Shown one piece after another: positions 1-9,727 of a stretch of DNA of 64,000 bases (the stretch's first letter is position 1; the number at the start of each line of letters is the position of its first letter). Source of the stretch: a virus; IMG/VR virus record IMGVR_UViG_3300025289_000001, one strand, 5' to 3'. The notes beneath the pieces were generated by a model. That model made no database searches. It was given only the letters and a program-made list of their open reading frames with translations, and was not told the origin of the DNA. A program made the position numbers and the translations under genes.

Positions 1-284
1 CACAGCAAGCAGGTAATAAAAATGTGGAATTAATTTCTAAGTATAATATTTCTGAATATAAACTTAGATATATTGCATATCCATCACCTATAATACTAAC
101 TAATTTGTCAACAAGTTTTGTTGGAGAAGGTTTAAGTATAGATGGAATAACATCTGCTCAAACATGTAAACTTAGTGAAAGTATACATAGAGAAATATTA
201 GATAGAGCTGTTGAACTTGCTCTTGCAGATTATCGTCAAGGTAATTTACAATTAAAAGCTCAAATGAATCAAAGAAATGAATAA
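1..284 (+). CDS. 3' end of a virion-module gene whose start lies upstream of the window (function unknown)
   Basis: The frame is open from base 3, and the listed ORF start at 24 is an internal GTG. Stop TAA at 282-284, 22 nt before the putative capsid gene. Confidence 0.5.
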   Translation, partial: QQAGNKNVELISKYNISEYKLRYIAYPSPIILTNLSTSFVGEGLSIDGITSAQTCKLSESIHREILDRAVELALADYRQGNLQLKAQMNQRNE

Positions 285-306
285 TAATAATTAAAATTAA
301 CAAAAA

Positions 307-1320
307 ATGAGTGTATTTGGACCGAACCAAGTAGAGGAACTAATCATTGGTAATGCAGTAGCAGCAGAAGTAACTGTAGCTACGTTTATTAGTGCAGCCT
401 CTGACAAGGAAATTAAAGTATTGTCCGCTACTGGTGGAGCACCAGCAGCTGGCAAAGATTTCAAAGTTTTACAAAAAACAGCAGGAAATGCTGCTAAAGG
501 TTTAAACTATGAATTTTCAGATGTTATTAAAGCATCTAAAGTTGACAAAGTAATTCTTAAAACATATGCACCTGAAGTACAAAAGGTGGTAACAGTAGCA
601 GGATTTACTGGAAATGTTGTAGCTAATACTACTTATGCAGTAGAAGTACGATTATTTAATGATGGTGGAACTCTTTCACCTGAGAATTTTGCAACTGTAA
701 CTGGTTATTATGTAACTGGAGCAAGTGTTGCAGGTATTACTGATCAAATAATTCAAAATGGAGTAATTGCTTCATTAAATGCTAATCTTTTAAAAAGAGG
801 TGGTTTTGAACTAACAGTAGCTACTGTAAATGCGAATAGCTTTACTATTACTGGACAAGCACAAACTGTTGTACCTGGTAAAATTACTGGTCGTCAAATT
901 GAATTTGAAGTAACTGCCAAACAATTTTTAAATACTTCCATAACCCATGAAAATTTAGGTTTATTAACTGCAACAGTTAATACTAAAAACTATCCTGGAG
1001 CTGGTACTGGTAAGTATGCTGTAAATCTTGAGTGGTTTACTAAAGGATATAAATATGAAGTATATCGTCAAACAGGATTCCCTGCAGACTTTGCAACACC
1101 TTATTATGCAAGTATTAATGGTGTTTATAATGTAATTCATATTAAATATTTTGATGACAGACAATCACCTACAGTAGAAAAACAAAATAAAGTTTTAACT
1201 ATTTTAGTTGATAAAGTTGTAGATAATTTAGCTAATAACGCTGCTACTAATGCAGTATTAGCTGATCTAACTACTATCTTAGGAGCAGGAGTTGTTCCAG
1301 CTGCATTACCTGTAGTATAA
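307..1320 (+). CDS. putative major capsid protein
   Basis: 337-aa A/V/T/G-rich protein with no Cys. It is the first complete gene of the virion block and is followed directly by a strong intrinsic terminator, as expected for a very highly expressed late gene. The assignment is positional and compositional; the fold cannot be verified by eye. Confidence 0.5.
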   Translation: MSVFGPNQVEELIIGNAVAAEVTVATFISAASDKEIKVLSATGGAPAAGKDFKVLQKTAGNAAKGLNYEFSDVIKASKVDKVILKTYAPEVQKVVTVAGFTGNVVANTTYAVEVRLFNDGGTLSPENFATVTGYYVTGASVAGITDQIIQNGVIASLNANLLKRGGFELTVATVNANSFTITGQAQTVVPGKITGRQIEFEVTAKQFLNTSITHENLGLLTATVNTKNYPGAGTGKYAVNLEWFTKGYKYEVYRQTGFPADFATPYYASINGVYNVIHIKYFDDRQSPTVEKQNKVLTILVDKVVDNLANNAATNAVLADLTTILGAGVVPAALPVV

Positions 1321-1346
1321 TAGATAGATAAGTAACTTTTTAATAT

Positions 1347-1390
1347 AAAAGGAGAGCAGGGTAACTTAACTCTTCTCTCCTTTTTTAATT
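1347..1390 (+). terminator. rho-independent terminator after the capsid gene
   Basis: AAAAGGAGAG (1347-1356) pairs with CTCTCCTTTT (1375-1384). The T-run continues to 1386. Confidence 0.65.
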
Positions 1391-1400
1391 TAATCAAAAT

Positions 1401-1919
1401 ATGAAAATAACATTATTTGAAATATCACAAGATAAAACTCAACTAAATCTTACAATTATAGATGCAGCTACTGTTACAACATTAAACTTATGGACAGATA
1501 TTACTTATAAAGATCCAACGTTATCTATAGATTTAAGTGGTAAATTAACAGCATCTGCTACAGAAAATATTGTGATTAGTTTAACAGATTTAGGATTAAA
1601 TTATTTTGATGGTGTTTATTTTATACAAGCAGAAACTACTACAGAGGTATCAACTAGTGCAGTTGGTGAACTAACCAGATATAAAGAATGTATTTTAAAT
1701 AAAATAGTTCAAATAGTTAATTCTTCAACTTGTTTAGTGACATCAGATAATTCAATATTAAATGCTCAAACATTATTATATGCATTAGAAACAGCAATAG
1801 ATAATTCTTTTATAGATGAGATATCTTCTATTTTAACAACATTGAAAAAATATTGCTCTAATGATTGTAAATCTTGTGGTGATTATAAAAATATAGTAGA
1901 TTTAACTTATTATCCATAA
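1401..1919 (+). CDS. hypothetical virion protein
   Basis: 172-aa ORF with an ATG start, 1 nt from the next gene, in the capsid/fibre block. No recognisable motif. Confidence 0.6.
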   Translation: MKITLFEISQDKTQLNLTIIDAATVTTLNLWTDITYKDPTLSIDLSGKLTASATENIVISLTDLGLNYFDGVYFIQAETTTEVSTSAVGELTRYKECILNKIVQIVNSSTCLVTSDNSILNAQTLLYALETAIDNSFIDEISSILTTLKKYCSNDCKSCGDYKNIVDLTYYP

Positions 1920-1920
1920 T

Positions 1921-2892
1921 ATGAATTATAGAAATAGTCAAGTATTAATAGCTAGTAGTTTAAAACTTATTAATAAAGCTAGAGTAACTGGTAAACTGGA
2001 TACTCAGATTTTACATATATTTAAGATTTTTGACTATTATATAAATTATACACAGGAAGCCATTACTAATGGAGATTTATCATATCAGGATACTAATTCT
2101 CTTCTAAAGAAAAATATACAGATGTTATGGTATGATTATCCTAATATTATATGTAATTATAAAATTACAAGTTCATTAGATAACCCAACTAATACCACAA
2201 ACACATCTATACTAAATACTCCACCTACAATAAGTGGAAATACAATTAGTATTACTACTAATACACAATATATATTTACTCTTAATGATTTAGTAGTAAA
2301 TTATTATGATGCTAATAATAATGGTTATAAAGATATTAAAATATTTCCTGCTACTTTAACAGGCACTTTATATTATAATAATACTTTAATAAGTTCACCA
2401 TTAATTATTTCAGTAAATGATATTAGTAAATTAAAATATATACGACCTAATAATAATATTTTGACTGATTCCTTTAATATAGCAGTAGGTGATAATAATC
2501 CTAATCAATTATTTTCTACCCAAGTAACTATTACAATGACTGGAACTGCTATTATAACTAATCAACCTGCTACTATTGGAGATAATACAATTTATGCTGA
2601 AAATAGAGAAACAACAGTTTTAACTTTAGCTATGTTTACATCACAATTAGCACCTCCATATAATGATCCTGAAGGTGATTTATTAGATGCTATTAGAATC
2701 GATACAATTGGTACTGCAAATAATGGTAAATATTATTTGAATGGAATTGAAATAGTAGTAGGACAAATCATTACAAGAGAAGATTTAAGTGCCAATTTAT
2801 TTACTCATGTTGGAGCTAATACAAATGATATATCATCTGATACATTTACATTCTCAGTAAGAGATGAAGGATCACAAATTTGGATAAATTAA
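1921..2892 (+). CDS. fibre/decoration protein with repeated Ig- or cadherin-like modules
   Basis: 323 aa, N/T/I-rich. The C-terminal module (PATIGDNTIY...LAPPYNDPEGDLLDAIRIDT...) is paralogous to the next gene. The DPEGD acidic loop is typical of bacterial cadherin-like/Ig-like adhesin domains. Confidence 0.6.
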   Translation: MNYRNSQVLIASSLKLINKARVTGKLDTQILHIFKIFDYYINYTQEAITNGDLSYQDTNSLLKKNIQMLWYDYPNIICNYKITSSLDNPTNTTNTSILNTPPTISGNTISITTNTQYIFTLNDLVVNYYDANNNGYKDIKIFPATLTGTLYYNNTLISSPLIISVNDISKLKYIRPNNNILTDSFNIAVGDNNPNQLFSTQVTITMTGTAIITNQPATIGDNTIYAENRETTVLTLAMFTSQLAPPYNDPEGDLLDAIRIDTIGTANNGKYYLNGIEIVVGQIITREDLSANLFTHVGANTNDISSDTFTFSVRDEGSQIWIN

Positions 2893-2902
2893 TATACAAA
2901 AT

Positions 2903-2938
2903 ATGGCAACATTTACAGTAACAAATAAAAAAGCATAA
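2903..2938 (+). other. 11-codon vestigial duplicate of the downstream gene start (MATFTVTNKKA*)
   Basis: ATGGCAACATTTACAGTAACA matches the start of the 2940 gene (ATGGCAAATTTTACAATAACA) at 18/21 nt. It terminates after 11 codons, 1 nt before the real ATG. Confidence 0.4.
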
Positions 2939-2939
2939 A

Positions 2940-3305
2940 ATGGCAAATTTTACAATAACAGTGGATTCATATGCTAATCAACCAGCAACAGTTGGTAATG
3001 GTGCAGATACTACAACATATGGAACATCTTTAGTATATACTAGAGCTATGTTTACAACTAATACAGTCCCACCATATAGTGATCCAGAGGGTGATGCAGC
3101 ATTGAACTTAAAAGTATTAACATTACCAACTATTGGTACATTACGATATAATTCAATTAATGTAACAATAAATCAAATTATTCCATTTAGTGGGATTGAT
3201 TCAGGTCTATTAATTTATGTACCAGATAATACTAATTTAAATGCATATAATGCATCATTTCAATTCCAAATAGCTGATGCTGGATCTGGAATATTTGTTG
3301 GATAA
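2940..3305 (+). CDS. small fibre-module protein, single cadherin/Ig-like domain (paralogue of the C-terminus of the 1921-2892 product)
   Basis: 121 aa. PATVGNGADTTTYG...VPPYSDPEGDAALNLKVLTLPTIGTLRYN aligns with the PPYNDPEGD module of the preceding gene. Confidence 0.65.
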   Translation: MANFTITVDSYANQPATVGNGADTTTYGTSLVYTRAMFTTNTVPPYSDPEGDAALNLKVLTLPTIGTLRYNSINVTINQIIPFSGIDSGLLIYVPDNTNLNAYNASFQFQIADAGSGIFVG

Positions 3306-3326
3306 GAATTAAATAAAAAAATATAA

Positions 3327-6300
3327 ATGGGAGTATTTACAATTACTATAAATTCACCTAGTGGAGTTATACCAGCACAAACTGAACAAGGTTATGCTGG
3401 TGAACTTCTTTTAAAAGGTGAATTATGTTATTTAGGAACAGATCAGAAGTGGTATAAAACATCATCTACAACTATAAGTAAGTGTAGTACAGAGATTAGA
3501 ATAGCTTTAGAAAATATTGCTATGGATAATTTAGGTACACTTTTACATTATGGTGATTTATTATTAGAGGGTGCACCATTGATTTCAGGAGATAAATATT
3601 ATGTAGGAGATACATTAGGTACTATTACTAATACTCCACCATTAGCTACATCTTATCAACGTTATATTGGTACAGCTAAAAATACAGGATTATTATTATT
3701 TAATCCTGATTCTACATATATTAAGGGTAATGGATTAGAAATTGATGGTATAACTATTCCAGCACCTTCTACTACATCACAATTAATAAATGATGGTGAT
3801 GATGGTATTAACCCTTTTGTTAATACTGAAGATTTAAAATTAAAACAACCTTTAAATACAGGATTTGTATTAGGATTACAGTTATCTATAAATATAGATA
3901 ATACTAAATTTGATATAGCGTCAGGATACTATATTATAACTGATTATACTGATAAGTTAAATCCTATTACTACTGTTAAATACTTTGCAGGTCAAACTGC
4001 TATAACACCACAATTCTTAGCTACTTCAAATGTAAGTTATATTGCGTTAGATACAAATGGTACTGTTATACAAAGTGCTTCTACATTCACAAACTCTCAA
4101 AGAAGAAGTTTAGCTACATTAGGTGCTATAGTACATTCTAATAGAATTAATATTAATACAACTAATGAAATAAAAGCTCCTGTTATAGCGGAAACTAATC
4201 AATTACATGATGTTATTAAAGCTATTGGAGCATTAAATTTAAGTGGTAATATATTTTCTCAGAATGGAGCAAATATGAGGATTAATAAATCAGCAGGTAC
4301 TATCTTTGGTTTAGGTATTAATGCAAATGATGTTACTAATCCACATGTTCTAACTTTACCAGAAGCATTAGCTTTAACATTTAGGTATAGACTTAGAGAT
4401 GGTACTGAATACGCTGACACACAAAATATAAATCCAACACAATATGACTTTAATGGGGTGTTAACTACTGTTGGAAATAACAACTTTACTATACAGAGAA
4501 TTAATGTGTTTCAATCAGGTATTGTTAGAATACAATATGGACAAAAAGAGTATAATACATTAAGTGATGCAAGAGCAGGAGTACAAGTAGATTCTTTTGT
4601 AACTGAAACAAATATATTAGAAAATGCTATTTTTAGATGTTACTTAATTATAAAGAAAGAAGTAACTAATTTAACTACAGGAATTGCAGCAAATCAAGTT
4701 AACTTCATACCTGTTGATAAATTTGGTCATGTTGTAGGGGGTGCAGGAGTAGCATTAACTTATGATAGTATTGTAGCTGCTTTAGGTTATATACCTGAGA
4801 ATATAGCAAACAAACAAAATAGCTTAGCAGTAGATGGTACAGGAATTAAATACCCAACAGTAGATGCAATTAAAGCAAGTAATATACCATCACAAAGATT
4901 AGGAAGTTCTACTTATTCAACTGTACAACATATACAAGATTTATTTCACAGTTCAGGTTGGACTAGTGGGGGTGTAATTACAAACGCAGGCGGCGGCTTG
5001 ATTACTGTATCAGCAGGTACAGGTTTAATACGAGCTATTAATAGTGATGTTGCAACAATATATTTTACAGATTTTCCTGCATCTACACCTGCTAATGTAG
5101 TATTAGTAGATGGTTCTCAAAACTATATCTATGTAGAATATAATAGTGGGACTCCAAGAGTTATAGCCACAACTATACAAAGAGCCGACTATAATACAAG
5201 TTTCTTGATAGGAGCGGTATATAGAATAGGAACTACTCTACATATTAATAGTACAGTTAAAACAGCTATCTCAGACCACGCTGGTAAGATGATTGCTTTT
5301 AACAAAGAAGTGATGCCTTATGCAAGAGCCAATGGTTCTATGATTAGTGAGGTGGCAACAAGAGGATTTGCAATTACAGCAGGTACATTTTGGAATGGAT
5401 TGGTAAGATTTACTACTAATGCTTTTTCAACAGCCACAGGCTCATTCTTTTACTTTTACAGAAATGGCGTTGGAGGTTGGACGAAAGTACCAACACAAAC
5501 ACAAATAAATAATACACAATATGATAATGGTACAGGAACTCTTGCAACATTGTCAAATAATAAATATGGAATACATTGGGTTTTTATAGATACTGATGGG
5601 GACACCTATGTAGTGTATGGACAAGGAGATTATACTCTTATAGAAGCACAAAATGAAATGATACCAGCATCTTTGCCAGTAGAAATTACTTCACATGGTT
5701 TTGTAGTTGGTAAAATTATCATACAAAAATCAGCAACAACTTTTGCACAAATAGAATCTGCTTTTGCAATGGGATTCAGTTCTGCTATGGCTAGTGAGCA
5801 TAATTCTTTAGCAGGGTTAGATACTGGTAATTATTTACATTTAACGGAGGCTCAAAAAACAATAGCTACACAAGAAGCTACTAACGCATTATCAGGATAT
5901 GTTAGCGCAGGTACTCAAACATTTGGTGGAGTAAAAACATTTACTTTATCTCCAATAGTACCTACACCTACAACAGATACACAAGTAGCTAATAAAAGTT
6001 ATGTAGATGCAAAAGTAGCAGATACTATTACAGATGGAGTTACTACAATAGCCCCAAGTCAAAATGCTGTATTTGATGCTTTGGTTTTAAAAGAACCTGC
6101 AAATGCTAATATTCAAACACATATTTCATCGACATTAAACCCACATGGAGTAACAAAAGCCCAAGTGGGGTTATCAAATGTTGATAATGTACAGCAAATA
6201 CCATTAACTCAAAAAGGAGCAATTAATGGTGTAGCTGAATTAGATGCGCAAGGATTTGTTAAAAACGCCCAATTACCAAGTTATGTTGATGATGTTATTG

Positions 6301-8366
6301 AAGGTATATTAGCAACTTTTCCAGCAACAGGAGAAACAGGTAAAATATATGTTGATACCGTTACAAATAAAACATACCGTTGGAGTGGGACTGTTTATAC
6401 AGTAATATCTGAAACAATAGCTTTAGGAGAAACGGATTCAACGGCTTATAGAGGCGATAGAGGTAAAATAGCTTATGACCATTCACAATTGACACATGAT
6501 AAAACTTTTGTAGGTTTAAGTAATGTTGATAATACAAGTGATGCTAATAAGCCTGTAAGTACTGCACAACAAACAGCGTTAAATCTAAAAGTAGATAAAG
6601 TAACTGGTAGTAGTTTAATTGCCGATACTGAAATTACGAGATTACTTGGACTTTCTAATTACACTCACCCAGCAAATCATCCACCATCAATTATTACTCA
6701 AGATGCATCAAATCGTTTTGTGACAGATGCTGAGAAAACTATATGGAATGCTAAACAACCACAACTAAACGGCACAGGATTTGTAAAAGCTAATGGAACT
6801 ACAATTAGTTATGATAATAGCAGTTATTTACCATTAGGAGGTAAAGCAGCAGATTCAGAGTTGTTGGATGGTTTAGATAGTTTAGGATTTATTAGAATGT
6901 ATCCAAATTTAATAGGGTATGATGTTAATTCATGGAGTACTGCAAAAAGAGGATGGAGTAATGCTTCTTCAACAGGATGGACTAATGTACCATTAGCAAG
7001 TAACAACGCTACAGCTTTATATGAACATTCATTTTCAGATGAAAATTATGGCTTTCAAAAATATGTAAGAAGTGACGGTGGAGCAAGTTTAGAAACTTAT
7101 TTAAGAAATAGGAATCCTGGAGGTACATTTAGTTCTTGGTATAAACTATTACACACAGGTAACTTCGTAGCAGGAACTAATTACCAAACACCTATAACCA
7201 ACCCTATAACAGGCACAGGAACATTAAACTACATACCAAAGTTTACAGGTACAGGTACTTTGGGGGATAGTGCTATATCTGATAATGGTGGCACGGTTGA
7301 AATTATTTCTCGTAATATTGATTTATCAGGCTCATCTAATAAAAGAATACAGTTTAATTCATTTACAAATTGGCAGTATAATTTTAGTAATTTTAATGAT
7401 GATTTTAATATTTATGATTCAGATAATACTAATTTCATAAGCCTTTTTTATAATGGAGGCACTACAAACAAATATGCGTCTATTTTAGGTGCTTTAACCG
7501 TTAAAAACAACGGCAATGTAGGAATAGGAACTGTTAGTCCAGAAGCAAAATTACATATATCAGGAACATTAGGATTACCAGCTACAAGTGGAACTAGTAA
7601 TTCGGTCTCATTTTCTAGATTTAAAAATGCTACATCAGGGTGGGCTTTAGATATGGGATTAAATACTATTGGCACTCCTGCTGGATGGATACAAGCACGA
7701 GATTCAGGTAATTTAGCAACTAATACCCATTTAATGTTACAACCAAACGGCGGCAACGTACTAATAGGCACAACCACAGATAACGGTGCTAAGTTACAGG
7801 TTAATGGTGCAGCAACCTTTGCAAGTAGTGTTACTGCTAAGAATAATAGAATAATAGGAGTGTCTGGTGGGTATACTACTGGAGATAATCCAATGTTAAG
7901 TTTTGGAGATGTTCCTATTACAAATACATTTGGTGTGGTAGAAGTCCCTTTTGGTAATAAAATGATATTCAATATGTATCATGGATATATTTTTAAGGTG
8001 TCTAATAATGGAGCTTCGCCTGTTGAAGCTTTTAGAATTAATATTGATAGAACAGCAACCTTCTCAGATACAGTTACTGCTACAGACTTTATAGGTACAT
8101 CTGATATAACCTTAAAAGAAAACATACAAGTTCTACACCCTAAGAGAATTAACTCTAATTATAAGACTTTTAACTTTATAGGTAGTGAGCAACAACGTGT
8201 GGGGTTAGTGGCGCAAGAGCTTGAAATAGAGCATCCTGAGTTTGTTAGAACAGATTATAATGGTATTAAATCTGTATCATATACAGACCTTCATAATGCT
8301 GAGATAGCTTATTTAAAAGATAAGATTGAGAAATTAGAGGAATTGGTTAATAAATTAATTAAGTAA
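3327..8366 (+). CDS. long tail fibre / tail spike protein with C-terminal intramolecular chaperone (peptidase S74-like) domain
   Basis: 1,679 aa. Phage tail-fibre repeat motifs are present (GLSNVDNVQQIPL; GLSNVDNTSDANKPVSTAQQTALNLK). The C-terminus, GTSDITLKENI...VGLVAQELEIEHPEFV...coiled-coil, matches the auto-cleaving chaperone domain of endosialidase and tail-fibre proteins. Confidence 0.85.
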   Translation: MGVFTITINSPSGVIPAQTEQGYAGELLLKGELCYLGTDQKWYKTSSTTISKCSTEIRIALENIAMDNLGTLLHYGDLLLEGAPLISGDKYYVGDTLGTITNTPPLATSYQRYIGTAKNTGLLLFNPDSTYIKGNGLEIDGITIPAPSTTSQLINDGDDGINPFVNTEDLKLKQPLNTGFVLGLQLSINIDNTKFDIASGYYIITDYTDKLNPITTVKYFAGQTAITPQFLATSNVSYIALDTNGTVIQSASTFTNSQRRSLATLGAIVHSNRININTTNEIKAPVIAETNQLHDVIKAIGALNLSGNIFSQNGANMRINKSAGTIFGLGINANDVTNPHVLTLPEALALTFRYRLRDGTEYADTQNINPTQYDFNGVLTTVGNNNFTIQRINVFQSGIVRIQYGQKEYNTLSDARAGVQVDSFVTETNILENAIFRCYLIIKKEVTNLTTGIAANQVNFIPVDKFGHVVGGAGVALTYDSIVAALGYIPENIANKQNSLAVDGTGIKYPTVDAIKASNIPSQRLGSSTYSTVQHIQDLFHSSGWTSGGVITNAGGGLITVSAGTGLIRAINSDVATIYFTDFPASTPANVVLVDGSQNYIYVEYNSGTPRVIATTIQRADYNTSFLIGAVYRIGTTLHINSTVKTAISDHAGKMIAFNKEVMPYARANGSMISEVATRGFAITAGTFWNGLVRFTTNAFSTATGSFFYFYRNGVGGWTKVPTQTQINNTQYDNGTGTLATLSNNKYGIHWVFIDTDGDTYVVYGQGDYTLIEAQNEMIPASLPVEITSHGFVVGKIIIQKSATTFAQIESAFAMGFSSAMASEHNSLAGLDTGNYLHLTEAQKTIATQEATNALSGYVSAGTQTFGGVKTFTLSPIVPTPTTDTQVANKSYVDAKVADTITDGVTTIAPSQNAVFDALVLKEPANANIQTHISSTLNPHGVTKAQVGLSNVDNVQQIPLTQKGAINGVAELDAQGFVKNAQLPSYVDDVIEGILATFPATGETGKIYVDTVTNKTYRWSGTVYTVISETIALGETDSTAYRGDRGKIAYDHSQLTHDKTFVGLSNVDNTSDANKPVSTAQQTALNLKVDKVTGSSLIADTEITRLLGLSNYTHPANHPPSIITQDASNRFVTDAEKTIWNAKQPQLNGTGFVKANGTTISYDNSSYLPLGGKAADSELLDGLDSLGFIRMYPNLIGYDVNSWSTAKRGWSNASSTGWTNVPLASNNATALYEHSFSDENYGFQKYVRSDGGASLETYLRNRNPGGTFSSWYKLLHTGNFVAGTNYQTPITNPITGTGTLNYIPKFTGTGTLGDSAISDNGGTVEIISRNIDLSGSSNKRIQFNSFTNWQYNFSNFNDDFNIYDSDNTNFISLFYNGGTTNKYASILGALTVKNNGNVGIGTVSPEAKLHISGTLGLPATSGTSNSVSFSRFKNATSGWALDMGLNTIGTPAGWIQARDSGNLATNTHLMLQPNGGNVLIGTTTDNGAKLQVNGAATFASSVTAKNNRIIGVSGGYTTGDNPMLSFGDVPITNTFGVVEVPFGNKMIFNMYHGYIFKVSNNGASPVEAFRINIDRTATFSDTVTATDFIGTSDITLKENIQVLHPKRINSNYKTFNFIGSEQQRVGLVAQELEIEHPEFVRTDYNGIKSVSYTDLHNAEIAYLKDKIEKLEELVNKLIK
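8100..8363 (+). other. S74-type intramolecular chaperone domain of the tail fibre (predicted self-cleavage at Ser1592)
   Basis: The S-D-x-x-L-K-E-N motif begins at codon 1592 (nt 8100), followed by QELExxxPE and a terminal heptad-like helix. Confidence 0.65.
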
Positions 8367-9463
8367 TGGGAACTATTAAAACCACTACCCCTTTTGAATT
8401 TTCAGCAGTGTGTCAGGAACTTTATGGAAGTTCAAACACTGTAAATAAAACTTTAATTGGCGCACATGCTGCTGCTAGTGGGACTTTTAACTCTACTTAT
8501 AATACTTTTGGGACTTCAAAAACATTATTAGATTTTAGAGGTTATATGAGTCCTGCTTCAGCTCCAATTACATTAGTTCAATACGCTAATGCTATTGATT
8601 GGAAAATATTAAATATTATAAATTTCCCTTCTCCAACACAAACTATAACTGTAGAATATAAATTAATAAGTACATCTTTTCAAACATCAGGGAATACTCG
8701 TGTTGCGTTTGGTTCAGGGAGCCCACAATTATTTTATCCTAATGATACTACTACAGATACTAAAGTTATACAAGATATATACGCAAATAGTTTATATCTC
8801 TTGTATTATAATGTAGGAGACACGTGTGTTGTAAGATGTAAAATTACATATTTAAGTGTAGATACAATACCTGTGGTGGATTATATAAATATAACACTTG
8901 GAGTTATGGAATCTCCTCCAGCCGCTCCTACATTAACATTAGGAACAGTAACATCTACATCATTAGCTTTTACTTGGAATGCACCTGCTACAGCTGATTC
9001 ATATGTATTATGGTGGAGAGTTAGTGGAGGTTCTTGGAGTCCTGTTGGATTATCTGGAACATCATATACGTTAAGTGGATTATCAGCGAGTACAACTTAT
9101 GAGGTATATGTGATAGCTAGTAATGCTATAGGAGATTCCCCTGTAAGTAATACTATAACACAAGAAACATTAGCTTCTCAAACAGACACAACACCACCAA
9201 GTACTCCAATTGGTTTGGCTGGTATAGGTTTTGGGTCATATGTTTCTCTATACTGGGAGGCTTCTACTGATAATGTAGGAGTTACAGGTTATAATATTTA
9301 TAGAGATGGTGGGTTACTTGATACAAGTGCAACTAACACTTATGATGATGTTTATGTTACCACAAATACAACCTATATATATAAAGTACAAGCTTTTGAT
9401 GCAGCCAATAATTTATCAGGATTTAGTGCGGAACAAACAATTAATTCAGGAAATATAGCATAA
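8366..9463 (+). CDS. fibre-associated protein with two fibronectin type III domains
   Basis: 365 aa; the start overlaps the fibre stop (TAATG). Two FN3-like units are visible: PAAPTLTLGTVTSTSLAFTWNAP...YEVYVIASNAIGDSPVS and PPSTPIGLAG...LYWEASTDNVGVTGYNIYRDG...YKVQAFDAANNLS. Confidence 0.75.
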   Translation: MGTIKTTTPFEFSAVCQELYGSSNTVNKTLIGAHAAASGTFNSTYNTFGTSKTLLDFRGYMSPASAPITLVQYANAIDWKILNIINFPSPTQTITVEYKLISTSFQTSGNTRVAFGSGSPQLFYPNDTTTDTKVIQDIYANSLYLLYYNVGDTCVVRCKITYLSVDTIPVVDYINITLGVMESPPAAPTLTLGTVTSTSLAFTWNAPATADSYVLWWRVSGGSWSPVGLSGTSYTLSGLSASTTYEVYVIASNAIGDSPVSNTITQETLASQTDTTPPSTPIGLAGIGFGSYVSLYWEASTDNVGVTGYNIYRDGGLLDTSATNTYDDVYVTTNTTYIYKVQAFDAANNLSGFSAEQTINSGNIA

Positions 9464-9484
9464 TTTAAACTAAAATAAATAAAA

Positions 9485-9664
9485 ATGAAAACAATCGTAA
9501 TTTTTTTATTCCTAGCAGTAGCAGGATTTATTGGGTATAAAGGATACCAATTAGTAAACAAGAAATATCCTAAGAGTACAGGTGGTGGTAGTGGTTCAGG
9601 AGGAAGTGTTCCTAGTGAGGGATTTCCTAAGAATGATGTGCCTGAAGAGATAAAAGCTAAGTAA
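9485..9664 (+). CDS. small membrane protein (59 aa), possible lysis-cassette component
   Basis: Not in the ORF track, which appears to list only ORFs of 60 aa or more. Sequence: MKTIVIFLFLAVAGFIGYKGY then a G/S linker then an acidic tail. One N-terminal TM helix; sits directly upstream of the holin. Confidence 0.45.
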   Translation: MKTIVIFLFLAVAGFIGYKGYQLVNKKYPKSTGGGSGSGGSVPSEGFPKNDVPEEIKAK

Positions 9665-9673
9665 AGAACTATC

Positions 9674-9707
9674 AGATTCTTGAGTTAGGGAACTTTCTCA
9701 AGAATCT
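9674..9707 (+). other. perfect 11-bp inverted repeat (hairpin) between the small membrane ORF and the holin
   Basis: AGATTCTTGAG (9674-9684), a 12-nt loop, then CTCAAGAATCT (9697-9707). No U-tract follows, so it is not a canonical terminator. Confidence 0.5.
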
Positions 9708-9727
9708 TGAATTAAAAATAATAAAAA

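Noticed and set aside
964-1397. Antisense ORFs 964-1164(-) and 1137-1397(-) inside or overlapping the capsid gene
   Set aside because: They lie opposite a well-supported, tightly packed gene and have low-complexity hydrophobic/Cys-rich translations. The second runs through the terminator hairpin. These are shadow ORFs.
4259-7972. Antisense ORFs within the tail-fibre gene (4259-4483, 6824-7006, 7448-7972; the last is 174 aa)
   Set aside because: They fall in the G+C-elevated part of the fibre gene, where AT-rich stop codons are rarer on the opposite strand. They have no start context and no motifs. The sense ORF has clear fibre and S74 motifs.
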